Source of the DNA: Macrostomum lignano
Lineage: Eukaryota
Direction: 5' to 3'
Assembly: GCA_002269645.1 (NCBI GenBank)
Contig: NIVC01001491.1
Span: 124,001-188,000, forward strand
DNA: 64,000 bases
In this document: in pieces, positions 34,390 through 48,539 of the stretch
Layout: each line of letters starts with the position of its first letter
Numbering within the stretch: position 1 is the first letter of the stretch
Notes under the pieces: model-generated
Databases searched by the model: none
Told to the model about the DNA's origin: nothing
What the model saw: only the letters and a program-made list of their open reading frames with translations
Translations under genes and position numbers: made by a program

Positions 34390-36900
34390 TTTATTTCGCC
34401 ACCTCAGTACTTTATGCAGACTGCATGTACATTCAGATTCAGTGGCTGCAATGCATTGGAAAAATAAAAGAAGCATCCTTAAGCATTTTACCACCATATA
34501 ACTTCATTGCCAAAGTGGCCTCGAGGTGGCCTCGTGTCAGCCAGCGATACGGTTATACCTGCAGTTATCGCTGAAGATGGGTTGGATAGAAAACTGTTTA
34601 ATGTGAAGTAGAGGCTGTGGTAAAAAATATGCTTGAGAAGGCAGTGCGACCTTGTTGAGAATTCCGTTTCTTTTAATGCAGTGCTGTTGTCATTTAAAGA
34701 TATTTTATGCATTCAGAGTACATTTTTGTGCAGCGGAGGGCAGTTGCAATAGCATCTGTTTTTATCGGAGAGGTACTTTATTTTACATCTGCCTTTTATT
34801 CCTACAATTTACGAGCGTATTATCTTAGCCTTGAAGAAACGCTTCTCATCGTACAATCAAACTCTGTAGCTGCCACTTTTGGCTTTCTGATTTTTGGTGC
34901 TAATTACGGAGGAGCAATGCTTTTGGCTTTGCCAAAGCTAGTTCTGTTTAGCTAATCTCTCCAGTTCACGGTGGGCTCTTCTTTGAGCCTGAAGTTGAAC
35001 GTAAAAAGGCTTAGTGTCAAAAATAAAAGAAGCGTGCTGTCAAACATAAGACCAATGAGTTATTGCTGAGCTGTAAGGGCTCATGGGGGAATATCTGAAA
35101 TGCCGTGACTTTCAGCAACTTACGGTTAAAGATAGGGTTAAAGTTAGGATTAGGAACCCTTAGGGTTAAAAAATGAAACGATGTCAAGACTCATGAGGGA
35201 ATTTCTGAAATGCTGTGGCTCGTAGGGGTTGCTCAGATGCCAAGGGTCAATTGCGAGTTGTTGGTAGGCCAAGCCAAAGGTATAGATCAACGGGAGAGTT
35301 GAGATGAAGCCATGGCCTTAAGGGAGGCTTTGAAAGCTGCTTTGATATATAGGTCGCCTTTTCTGCATTAGAAAGCATATGAGAAGCTTCTGCAAAGCTT
35401 CGCTTTTGTGAAATGAAATCAAACGATTAACATAATTTATAATTTAAATTAAACAAGATGTTTTACTTTCTAATAATAATAATAATTATTGATTACACCT
35501 GCCAGATGTGCAACCGACAGCTCAGCCGCAGCTATTGCGCGGCGCATCTGAAGGCTGAGTACGGCTGTTCAGTCCAAGGACTGGGGCAGCTAATACTGGC
35601 ACCCATTTTACAGCTTGCGTGAACTGAAGCAGTGCAGAGTTTAAGTATCTTGCTCAAAGACACAAATTGTTCCAGGGGGATCAGAAATGGAACCCCCGAC
35701 CTTCAGGTCGTGGGTCCGACGCTCTAACCACTAGGCTACTATACCCTTTTTATTGAATATACTTTCAAGAAAAAAGAATATTTAATATCTATTTTTGTAT
35801 TCTCCACCAGCCTTTATTCTCCACTAGATTTACTTGATCTTGATGGAACTTGATCTGGATACTGCAGTTGACACCCATGCAGCTTTACATGTACAGCCAG
35901 AATTGTAACGAAAATGTTGCAAATTTTTGTAAGATTTATTTGTTTCCAGTTTAAAGCTATAGGCTCGGTTCATTATTTGAATTCAGATTCAGATCCGGTT
36001 GTGAAACTCAAATAAGAAATCTACATGTGGCAGCTGCTTTACTTGTGAGAGTTTGCATTCGGCATCGTGTTGGTGCGACAGGCAAACGTTTATATTAGCA
36101 ACTGCTAACCCTGCTATTTAACACCGATCCAGACCGGGCTAACTAAAATTTTTCCCAGCACGCTCAGTTTTTTTGTGGATGCTGCAAAATGGAGGTTCTA
36201 TCCTATATTGAGTTTCGATGGGGAGGCGGCTTGCTGAGATACCAAGGGCCAATTGGTATTTGTTGTTAGGTCAAGCATAAAGGGAGAGTTATAGGGGAGG
36301 GGCAAAGGGAGTCTTTGATGGCAAAGCTCGCGTGGGTGATGCTTTATTGCCCAAAGCATCATTTCCCTAAAATACTAACAATAGCGACTGTACAAGATCA
36401 TGGGGGAACTTCTAAAATTCTAAAATCCATTCTTTGTTGCCTCATCAATATAAGCGCTGATTGCTAGTATATCTTTCTAATAATTAGCAAGGCCATGCAA
36501 AGCTAAATTTAAAGATTTTAATAACCAAAAGAACCAGATTTTGTAATGTCTAAAAAATCTGTTACGAATTATTGTGAAATATCTGCCCTGTCTTGACAGA
36601 AAGGAGACAGAAAAACTAATAATGGTGCTACTTTCGCAGATCCTTGTAAGTAGTATAATAGATATCACTACATTTACGCATCCAAAGCATTAAACTTGAA
36701 AGTGGAGCAAATCTTCATTGTCCAGTCAGAGGAAAGATAGAAGAGGTCAGAGGTGAGAGATGCATTTAATAGAGGTAAGAGAGAGAGAAGAGAGACCGAA
36801 TGAAATTTATATGCAACATTCAGCTTTTATGATTAGTTTATAATTTATAGTTTCACTAAATTAAGAGTTGACGTCACCAAGAACTGATACTGATACCTGC
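34390..36900. repeat. Co-duplicated spacer block X, copy 1 (split by a SINE and other inserts)
   Basis: Landmarks GAGAAGGCAGTGCGACC, GAGCAATGCTTTTGG, ATTGTGAAATATCTGC..GACAGAAAGGAGACAG and GAGTTGACGTCACCAA recur at 39-40, 42-45, 48.5-50 and 50.4-52.3 kb. Confidence 0.7.
35469..35746 (-). mobile_element. SINE family A, copy 3
   Basis: (TAA)n tail, core and tRNA head (GAACCCCCGACC...CTCTAACCACTAGGCTAC). Confidence 0.85.
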
Positions 36901-37614
36901 AATAATTTTGCGATTTCAGGGCCGGTTTTACTGGCTCTGTAATCGGTTTTAGTGACCGGGGCCGGTGCCTCTGCCAAAGCTCATAGAGGTGTGGTTTGGG
37001 TGGGGGTGAGGGTGCGGTGTGCAGTGTGCGTGGTGTGGGGTGGTGGGGGTTGGGGTCACGCTGGCCCTTTTATTCGCGCCTTCTGCCCCTCAGTGTTGGC
37101 ATGCTTGGCTAAATCTTTTTTCTGTGTGCTTGCCTTTGCATTTATCCTCTGCTTTTATCCCTCTGATTTTACCCCTTTGCTTGTAACACATTCATTTCGA
37201 GTCAAATACACTCGCTTCGCTGGGTTCGTTTCGCCCGCTTTTTCGCTGCCACCCCTGCGTCTTCTCCTTGTTCCTTTCGGCCCGGTTGGCTAAATTTTAT
37301 CTTTTCACACCTTGACTGTTTTCATCTATCTACGAGCGTACTATCGTAGTATCTGAGAATAATCTAATCAAAAAGACGAAACATATACATGTAGGAAAAA
37401 TAGGCAATGCACGAGGTTAAGACAAGCATATGTAGTTTCTTTGTCACATGTGAAAACTGCTTTCCATGCGCACACTTACGCTTCTTTTTTCGTCCAGTGT
37501 TGCCTAAACGAATCTTAAAACAGAAACGATGCCCCGGTATGACCACAGCAGCGCCCTCAACGCGTCCTTGAAGCCGTAGCCGTCCTGCAGGTGCGTCTAC
37601 AGGCCGACGACTTT

Positions 37615-38990
37615 CAGTAATGGTTGAAGCGCTCGAATGCAGCGTTGCCTTGCGGGTGGTAGTGCCGCGACTGGCGGTGCTGGGTGCCGCAGCGCTGGAG
37701 GAAGTTTTTGAAATCATCGGGCATGAACTGCGACCCGCCGTCCGTGCTGATGCTCTTTGGGAGTCCCCAGCGGCTGAACCACGTCGTTGGGGCGTTGATC
37801 ACATCAGCTGTGGCCCTGGGGACATGCAGGCTGCTTCTGGCCACTTCGAATGCGGGTCGTACAGCACCAGAATGAAGCGACATGAGTTCGGCGCCGAATG
37901 CAGCTCCCCGAAGATGTCGAGCTGAAGCTCCTCCCAAGGTCGCGTCGGCCACTTCGTCGGAGTCATCAGCCAGCACCGTTTTGGATGTCTTGAAGTTTTT
38001 CTCGCTGAGCAGGCAGGCCTCGCAGTGCCGCACGAACTCCTCGATTTGGCTGTCGATCTGCAGCCACCAGACCGAGTCCCCGCAGTGCTGCTTCATTCTG
38101 CTCACTCCGAGGTGCTCAAAGTGGGCCAGCTGCAACGTCGTCTTTCTCAACAACGCGGGGATCACCGCGCGCAACCCATTCGCCAGGCACTTGCCTTCGT
38201 TCCAGACTGTGAGCTGCTCCTTGATCCGCCAGAACGGCTGCAGCTCCGGCCTAAAGCTGCTTGATGGAACTCGGCCAGCCCTCAAGCGTCATCTCGATCG
38301 CCTGGCTGATCACCGGGTCCTGTAGAGATGCCTCAGCCAGTTCGCTTGGGCTCACGATCTGCAGCGCGCCAGACCGCAGGACGGCGTTCACCTGGAGCTT
38401 CGCTGGGTCCTCCTCGCTGCTGTCGTTGCGCGCGCCGTGTTGCGACAAAAAGTCCGGAACGGTGTTCTTTTCCCCGGAACGTGGCAGACCTGGAAGTCGT
38501 ACGCGTGCAGGCGGTCGGCCCACCGGTGCAGTCTTAATGGCAGGTGCCCGCTGCCCTGAGCCGTCAGCGACGTAGTCTGCGCTTGATGGTCCGTGTGCGA
38601 CTCAAATCTCCGGCCGAACAGGAAATAGTGCCACCTCTCATAACTCTCATGCCTCTCGCATGCCAATGCCTCTCTTTCAGACGCGGAGTCGCTGACAGGG
38701 TTCGGGATGCAAACGCAACTGGTCTCCGGACGCCGGCGCAGTCTTCTTGAAGCAAAACTGAGGTCATTGCAGATTCGGATCTTACCGTCAGGATTTGGGA
38801 CGACCACCAGATTCGAGATCCACTCGGATGCCTGGATCTCCACGACGATCCTGTTGAGAGCCCCGTCCTCCAGAGCGACGCCTACAGCTGAACCCTGTTG
38901 GGAAGCTGCGACCCCCAGGTCCCCAGTAGAGCTCCCGTCCCGTGTCCCAGGGAGACGCAGGAAAATGACAGAGCAGAACTCACGAGCTTC
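37615..38990 (-). mobile_element. Ty3/Gypsy LTR retrotransposon pol remnant (RT, RNase H, integrase), deleted and frameshifted
   Basis: WISNLVVVPNPDGKIRICNDL (RT); RPVAFASRTLS..EREALAC..HTDHQ (RNase H); LAHFEHLG..VWW..C..C (integrase zinc finger); TDGGSQF..YHPQGNAAFERFN (integrase core). Confidence 0.9.
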
Positions 38991-39104
38991 CGTGAAAAAG
39001 CCGATGCAGTTCGCACTTTGCTATGGTAGACAAGTAAGTTTGTTTTGAAGTAGCCAACGATAGGACCAAGAAAACGCAAGGCCGCGGCTGCCCACTAGAC
39101 AGCA

Positions 39105-39290
39105 AATTTATTATATTATATTAACTGATATATAATATATATAATATATTATTAATTAATAATAATATATTATTAATAAATAAGCTCCATAATAATATAT
39201 TATGGAGCTTATTTATTATATCAGTTATATCAGTTATAATATATACTTTCTTTATAATATTATAATATATATATAAGTTATAATATATTT
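39105..39290. repeat. Palindromic AT-rich segment
   Basis: Perfect 20-bp arms AATAAATAAGCTCCATAATA/TATTATGGAGCTTATTTATT with a 3-nt loop, nested within TAACTGATATA...TATATCAGTTA. Confidence 0.85.
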
Positions 39291-39339
39291 AAGGTACTTT
39301 CTAATGTATTTAAAAAGGTAAACTAACTCAGCTAGAGGC

Positions 39340-40030
39340 TGGATGTTTTTAAAGTATCTCACAGTTAAAAATATAAATTTCGGCACCCTTCTCTACTGCA
39401 AGTCGTCTCCGCTGCACATACATAAACTCTTACTCTTCTTGAACTTTTAAATTTGTCATTTATTCTTACCATTTTGCATCTTTGTCTTGATGAGATGATT
39501 TCACCTTACATCATCTAGCCTCTACAAGAGTTATTTCACCTTTTTAAATTTCATTACAAATTTCGGAGAACTGCTTTTTTGGTTGAGCGTGTGCAGTGTT
39601 TGCTATTGCTAGTTCTCCTAGCTAATGCTTCTTTGATAAAGTGGGCTTTTCTCTGAGCCTGAAGGTAAACGGAGGGAGCTAGTTAATAAACAAGCTGTAT
39701 CACTTTGTACGCCTGATCTCTCTGGCGCTTTATGCTGGGCCTTTTCATCTCCTCGCTGCATCCGTCTCTTCAGGGCTACGAGTACTCTAAGATAGATTAA
39801 GTTCAACAAAGTTCAACATTGTTTAAGAACAATGGTTAATGCCTACACAGCCTGGGGATCATCGTTTTACGCACAGACTTTCAAAATCAAGAGAAAAGTA
39901 CGAATGCTCTTACAAGAAAACATTTAGCTCGTGTTTAGTCTTGCAATCCATCTTATAGCTACGCTTTTTTGAAACACAGAATAGATAGAAAAAGACAAAT
40001 AGTGGTTGGTACTTTTGCATATCCTTGTAA
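39340..40030. repeat. Spacer block X, copy 2 (partial)
   Basis: Shares AACAATGGTTAATGCC and GACAAATAGTGGTTGGTACTTTTGCA landmarks with the other copies. Confidence 0.65.
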
Positions 40031-40594
40031 GTAGCATGATAGATGCTTTCGCTGGGTTTCGTAGTAGATTTGCTCACGTATGCGTGAGGAAAATGTTTTG
40101 CTGGAATTTTTATATTTTAGAATTTTACACGTACTAAAAATTGGATACTCAAACATATATTTCAGCAGTATAGTTAAAATATGGAAGAGCAGGGCAGCTA
40201 TTGAAACAGTAAACTACACTGGAATAAATAATTTACGGGTTTATAATAAGTGTTTTATATGCATAAATTAGTTTTACCTGTGTGCAGTTGCAGCTACACT
40301 CATACAAAAACTAGCTACTTAGGAAGTTTACAAGTTAAAATTTTATTTGCTTCAAAAAGTGAGCTTGAGTTTAGGAACTGAGGAGCCTGGTGCATTTCTA
40401 AATGTCACTGAAGTCATTGTGGAAATAGCAGACAAACTGCTAAATGGTGCTGGGGTTGGTGATAGTGAGGAAAAAATCTACATTCCTGAAACTCCTCCGA
40501 CTTCATCGGGAATGCTGTAAGTTGTATGTCCTGAGTTAACTTCTTGCTTTTTTGTCATGGCTTTGAGACATAGCAATTGTTTGCTGCAATAGGA

Positions 40595-41451
40595 TTATTC
40601 TGGGATGCCACCGCAAGTTTTAGTTGCAGTGTCGATTACGGTGTCCAGCTTTGATTTACAAGCTTCAATTTCCTTTTTCTGCTCACTGGTTGGAGGCGAC
40701 CCGAAAGCTTTCGATTCCAGCTTGGGCGCTTCAGCAGTAGCAGCTTTCAGCCGGTCTGAGATGGCTTTGGCTTCCTTTAGTTGGAAAGATTGAAGGGATT
40801 TTTTCAGGCCCTCCGTCTCAGCCCCTCGGGAGGACCCGGCAGCTGCCTGCTCCAGCCTCTGCTCTGTGGCTCTCAGCAGCTTCTCCAGGTGCTCTTTTTT
40901 CTTACCGATAAATTCGATAAGATTTTTTATTTGAGCTTTCCAAGGCTGCAGTTTAGCGCTGACTTGTTCGCATTCCTTTGCGTCCTTCTCCACTGTGCTT
41001 AACAGGTTCAGGCATTCAGTCTGAAATATAAGCGTTCCGTTTTATTAATTTGAATTTGAATAAATATTAAATATGTTAGCTTCCATTACTTGAAACTTCA
41101 ACCGATGATCGCTGAAGTGCACATCGCAAAGATTCTTGTCGCAGTGACCGCAGTTGACAAGGACCGAGTAGGAGCATTGGGTTTCGCCTTCGCCTTCGCC
41201 TTCGCAGGTGGCGCCGAGCAGCGCTTTCGAACAGAAAACCTTAATGAGCTTGGCCATGGCGGCGTCCTGCTTAGGTGTGATCAGCTTCTCTCGGCATTCC
41301 GGACACTTTGCTGCATAAGGGGTTGTCTCTAAAATGCCTCTGTGGCATTCCCGGCACACGGTGTGGTGGTTCGGGCACACGAAGCAGGGATCAGTAAAAA
41401 TGGTTTTGCACACTGGGCAGCGCAGGTCTTTTATGTCTACTGAGCTCACGT
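40595..41451 (-). CDS. TRIM-like gene C (exons ~41451-41090 and 41020-40595); start codon not found
   Basis: RING, B-box-like and helical exons intact with a 69-nt phase-0 intron (FQ|TECLNLL). GTG/CTG occur where gene D has ATG. Confidence 0.72.
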
Positions 41452-41743
41452 CTAAAACTTTAGGGGTCAGGTATTGAATAGCGATTTTAAAATCCCAGTT
41501 AACGCTGTATTATATTCACATTCACCATAGTATTTAGAAACTAAAAAGGATAAAGATTAAGATTATTGTGCGGTCCGAAGGTGAGTCCAGTCACAAGAGA
41601 GGGACTAAACCAATTAATAAAATGCTGCATTCACATTTTATCTAAGCTTTGTGTCACAAATTGCGTGCGTGACACGTGATAGAAATCGTCTTGAGGTATC
41701 CTTGACCTCGTCGAAAAGCAACCAATTAGTGATGCCAACCGTA

Positions 41744-42111
41744 TTTATTTATTTTTTTATTAGAGGCAGGGGGTTGTGTGCACCCTGGCGCACTTTAAGC
41801 GACATAGGCACACAACCGGCGAGAGGCATTACTGCCCATTCCGCCGACTCCCCTGAGCAGGCATACAAGCGCGCGGATACGTACGCAGGCACACACTCAC
41901 ACAGGAGTGTACAGCGGCCCTAACTTTATATTATCGTTAGGCATGTACACTTCACTGCGCCTTGGGGGGTTGGCCCTCAAGGCCGTTAATTGTACGAGCA
42001 GAGCCAAGCCGAGATTCCAATTCAGCCCCAAATTAATGTGACTGCACTTGGAATCGAGCCTGGGTCGCTGGCACACCAGAGCAGCTGCGCTACCGCTGGG
42101 CTACGGCCCCC
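41744..42111 (-). mobile_element. Young tRNA-derived SINE family B with 14-bp TSD
   Basis: TSD TGATGCCAACCGTA at 41730 and 42112; head GGGGCCGTAGCCCAGCGGTAG...GGCTCGATTCC; A-rich tail; nearly identical to 61696-62071. Confidence 0.9.
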
Positions 42112-42329
42112 TGATGCCAACCGTAATTGATCATAGAAACTTAGTGGGGTCAGTAAAAGTATTTGTATTGAGGCGGACAAATGCCTGAGGGCGATTCGCA
42201 TCAGTCAGTTCAATCTAGGAGGCGGATGTTGTGATTGGTGTAGAGATTACTCTGAAGTAGACGGAAGTTTGATGGGGCTTGGAGTTCCAGGGTGGAAATC
42301 AGTTTCACTCCAGCTCGCATGCATAAAAG

Positions 42330-45060
<2,731 letters not shown>

Positions 45061-45853
45061 AGGCTGTAAGCAACGCCTTCGGTAACATTGTCTCACAAAC
45101 AGTACCGAGTGCGTCGCAACCTTGGTGACCGCGTTTGGAAACGAACTAGGGGTCTTGTCGCAAGAGTTAGAAGTTTTTACGCTGAGCTGCTCTGCTCCTT
45201 ATTTTCCTAATTTTTTGTTACGTTTTAACATACCAAACATATTGAAATAACTTTAAGAGAAAGAAGCAGTGTTGCAACAAAGAACTAATTTTCGTGCTTA
45301 TGAACAGACCTGTTTTGTGTTACAAGCCGTGTCTCTTTTTTATTAGCTATTGAGAATTTCAGGTACTCTTTATTCGTCATGTAGTAGGGCTCCTTGGATA
45401 ATACGTACTGACGCCGAATTACTAATAATGAAATAGGTTTTCTAATACATGCAATTTATTCACAGAAATACTTGTACAGGCGCCGATTATTAATGTACTG
45501 GAATTACGCGACGGTTGTACCAATTATTTTGTTAGAATGCACTGAAATATTTAGTATAAATACTGCTCGCACCAATTTGAAGTTTCGCGCTCGTCGTGGC
45601 CCGTTGAAGTTTGGCCCCTCCTTTGTTGCGACGGAACCGCTCTTAGTTGAATTGTGCTGGCTCATGTGAAGCCCGGCCTTAGTACATAGTCAGTTTGTAA
45701 TAGATCTAGTTACTCGTACAAATATTCGACATGAGTACGAGTGATCTCGAAATTATGAACTATTGATTGAGAAGAAGTCGTAGATTTTAAGCTGAAACTT
45801 AATTGCTTTAATGTCCGGAGCGAAGAGGCGGAGACGGAGTGAGTGGTGATCGA

Positions 45854-46046
45854 CAGGGGCGGATTTAGCCCCCCCCCATCCAAAGTAGCTTGACCGAACA
45901 TATTGCGCCCCCCAAAAACCTAAACTTGCGCCCTCTACACTTGATTTTTCGCCCCCTATACGCATTTTTTGCGCCCCTAGCTTAAAAATTGGCGCCCCAA
46001 ACTTGGACCGCCCTCCCCCCAAAATGAAAATCTAGATCCGCCACAG
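45854..46046. mobile_element. hAT-type MITE with 8-bp TSD
   Basis: CAGGGGCGGATTTAG...CTAGATCCGCCACAG flanked by GTGATCGA at 45846 and 46047. Confidence 0.8.
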
Positions 46047-46321
46047 GTGATCGAGCACAGCAATGCAGGTCCCAAAGCGATTCGGAGGCGCATTATTCGA
46101 GTATATTGATTCGAAAATTAAAAAGAAAAAAAATTGAGCGGCAGCAGCGCCCTCTCGCGCTGAGCAGAGCAACATATAAATAAAGCACACGCACACCTGG
46201 GGTTAGAGGTGTTAGTCAGAGCACGTACAGGTACCTACAGCGCCTAAAACAAGTACAACGCGATAAAAAGGGGAGCAGCGAGGCAGGTCGCTCCGCCATC
46301 AACAATGGGTAAAGCCCACTT

Positions 46322-47065
46322 GCTTCACCCGCCATCAGATCATCTCAGGGTAAATATCTGTCGCACTCTATCAGATCATCTCAGGGTAATTATCTGTCGC
46401 ACTTCATCAGATAATCTCAGGGTAATTATCTGTCGCACTTCATCAGATAATCTCAGGGTAATTATCTGTCGCACTCCATCAGATCATCTCAGGGTAAATA
46501 TCTGTCGCACTCTATCAGATCATCTCAGGGTAATTATCTGTCGCACTTCATCAGATAATCTCAGGGTAATTATCTGTCGCACTCCATCAGATCATCTCAG
46601 GGTAAATATCTGTCGCACTCTATCAGATCATCTCAGGGTAATTATCTGTCGCACTCTATCAGATCATCTCAGGGTAATTATCTGTCGCACTCTATCAGAT
46701 CATCTCAGGGTAATTATCTGTCGCACTCTGTCAGATCATCTCAGGGTAATTATCTGTCGCACTCTATCAATAATCTCAGGATAATTATCTGTCGCACTTC
46801 ATCAGATCATCTCAGGGTAATTATCTGTCGCACTTCATCAGATAATCTCAGGGTAATTATCTGTCGTACTCCATCAGATCATCTCAGGGTAAATATCGGA
46901 CGCACTTCATCAGATAATCTCAGGGTAATTATCTGTCGTACTCCATCAGATCATCTCAGGGTAAATATCGGACGCACTTCATCAGATAATCTCAGGGTAA
47001 TTATCTGTCGTACTCCATCAGATCATCTCAGGGTAAATATCGGACGCACTTCATTAGATCATCAG
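46322..47065. repeat. 36-bp minisatellite (CATCAGATCATCTCAGGGTAATTATCTGTCGCACTY), ~20 units
   Basis: Contiguous units with no spacers; the last units form a 72-bp higher-order dimer. Confidence 0.95.
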
Positions 47066-47256
47066 ATCATCATCATCTTCGGCTGGTGCAGCATAAACGT
47101 CTATCCCTAGGCCCAAGCATCGCAACTACCATTCTTCGAAGTTATTTATTTTGGGATATTTGTCAGCTGAAATAGAGACCGCTTACTCAGCAAGTTAAGA
47201 GTTCGTGGACCGTTAACCCAATTAACCCGAGCCAGACGCTGAGTAATTACCGGTTT

Positions 47257-48234
47257 CTAATCAATTTTTCTAAGTTTTTGGGAGCCAAAATATGGCAAAA
47301 GTTTTCTAATGCGAGTTTGCTTTGGGGCGAATAAACCCGCCCAAAAAACCGGTAAAAAAAATATACGAGCTACCGAGCAATTTTCACGTGTAGTCTCGAT
47401 TATGGTGCTCAGCTTTGCTTTACAAGCTTCAATTTCATTTTTCTGCTCCTCGGTTGGAGGCAACCCTAATTTTTGCGAGTCCAGCTTTGGCGCTTTAGAA
47501 AAAGCAGATTTCAGCCGGTCTCCGATGGCTTTGGCTTCCTTTAGTTGGTCAGATTGAAGGGCGGTTCGCAGGCCGTCTGCCTCAGCTCGGCGAGAGGACC
47601 CGGCAGCTGCCTGCTCCAGCCTCTGCTCTGTGGTTCTCAGCAGCTCCTCAAGGCTCTTTTTTTCACATCGATAAATTCGATAAAACTGGCGATCTGAGCT
47701 TTCCAAGGCTGCAGTGTAGCGCTGACTTTGTCACATTCCTTCGCGTCTTTCTCCACAGATTCCAACAGGTTCTCGCATTCAGTCTGGGAAGGAAAGCGTT
47801 CTGTTTTATTAGTTTTCGTGTTAATACCTGCTAAATACTTTAGTTTACATTACCTGAAACTCCAATCGATGCTTGCAGTAGTGAAACTCGCAAAAATACT
47901 GATCGCAGTGACCGCAATTTTTGGAGACTGAGTTGGGGCACTGGGTTTCGCCTTCGCGTACCTGGCAGGTGGCGTCGGGTGGCGGTTTTGAGTGGAATTC
48001 TTTGACGAGCCTGGCCATGGCGGCGTGCTCCGTCGGTGTGCAAAGCATCTGTCGGCACACCGGACACCTTGCGTGTCCGAAAAGGTGCGTCTCCAAATGG
48101 CGTTTGTGACATTTGCGGCACAGAGTGTGGTGATTCGGGCACACGAAGCACGGATCAGTAAAGATGTCTTTGCACAGCGGGCACTTCAGGTCTTCGTCCT
48201 CTCTTGAACTCATATCTAAAACTTCAGGGGTCAT
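47257..48234 (-). pseudogene. TRIM-like gene D: frameshift in an A7 run and foreign 3' end
   Basis: RING/B-box exon intact (to 47854); acceptor 47783. The frame shifts at T7 47657-47663 (IDV|EKKSLEELL), and homology ends after ETTRENC. Confidence 0.72.
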
Positions 48235-48539
48235 TTGTTAACTAAGTATATTAAAATCCATGTTAACATTCTAGAATATGCTAAGCTACTATGTAGAAAC
48301 GGAGAAGGGCATAGATGAAGAGTATTATTGAGCGGTCTGAAGGCAAGTCCAGTTCCTAAAGAGGGACCTATCCAGTTAATCGATGTATAGCACGAGTTGA
48401 AAAGTGGTTAAAGCCTGCTCCAGCTAATCAGCTTGTATGTGCCATAAGTAATTTCCAGTACTGTATAGATTTGTCTATCGCTTCGCTTCGCTCGCCTCGA
48501 GACCATTATATGCGACCTCTGACTTTCTGACCACAGAAT

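Noticed and set aside
41451-41453. Spliced-leader AUG supplying the start codon of gene C
   Set aside because: Joining AUG at this acceptor gives ATG ACG TGA, which is out of frame.
42040-42111. tRNA genes at the SINE heads (also 2870, 26100, 35700, 59200, 62000)
   Set aside because: Only A/B boxes are retained; each is fused to a SINE body and tail, and the family B copies have TSDs.
46305-47065. 36-bp repeats as a CRISPR array or a 12-aa repeat protein
   Set aside because: Units are contiguous with no unique spacers, the context is eukaryotic and no cas genes are present. The same applies to the 35-bp (59721) and 16-bp (27184) arrays.
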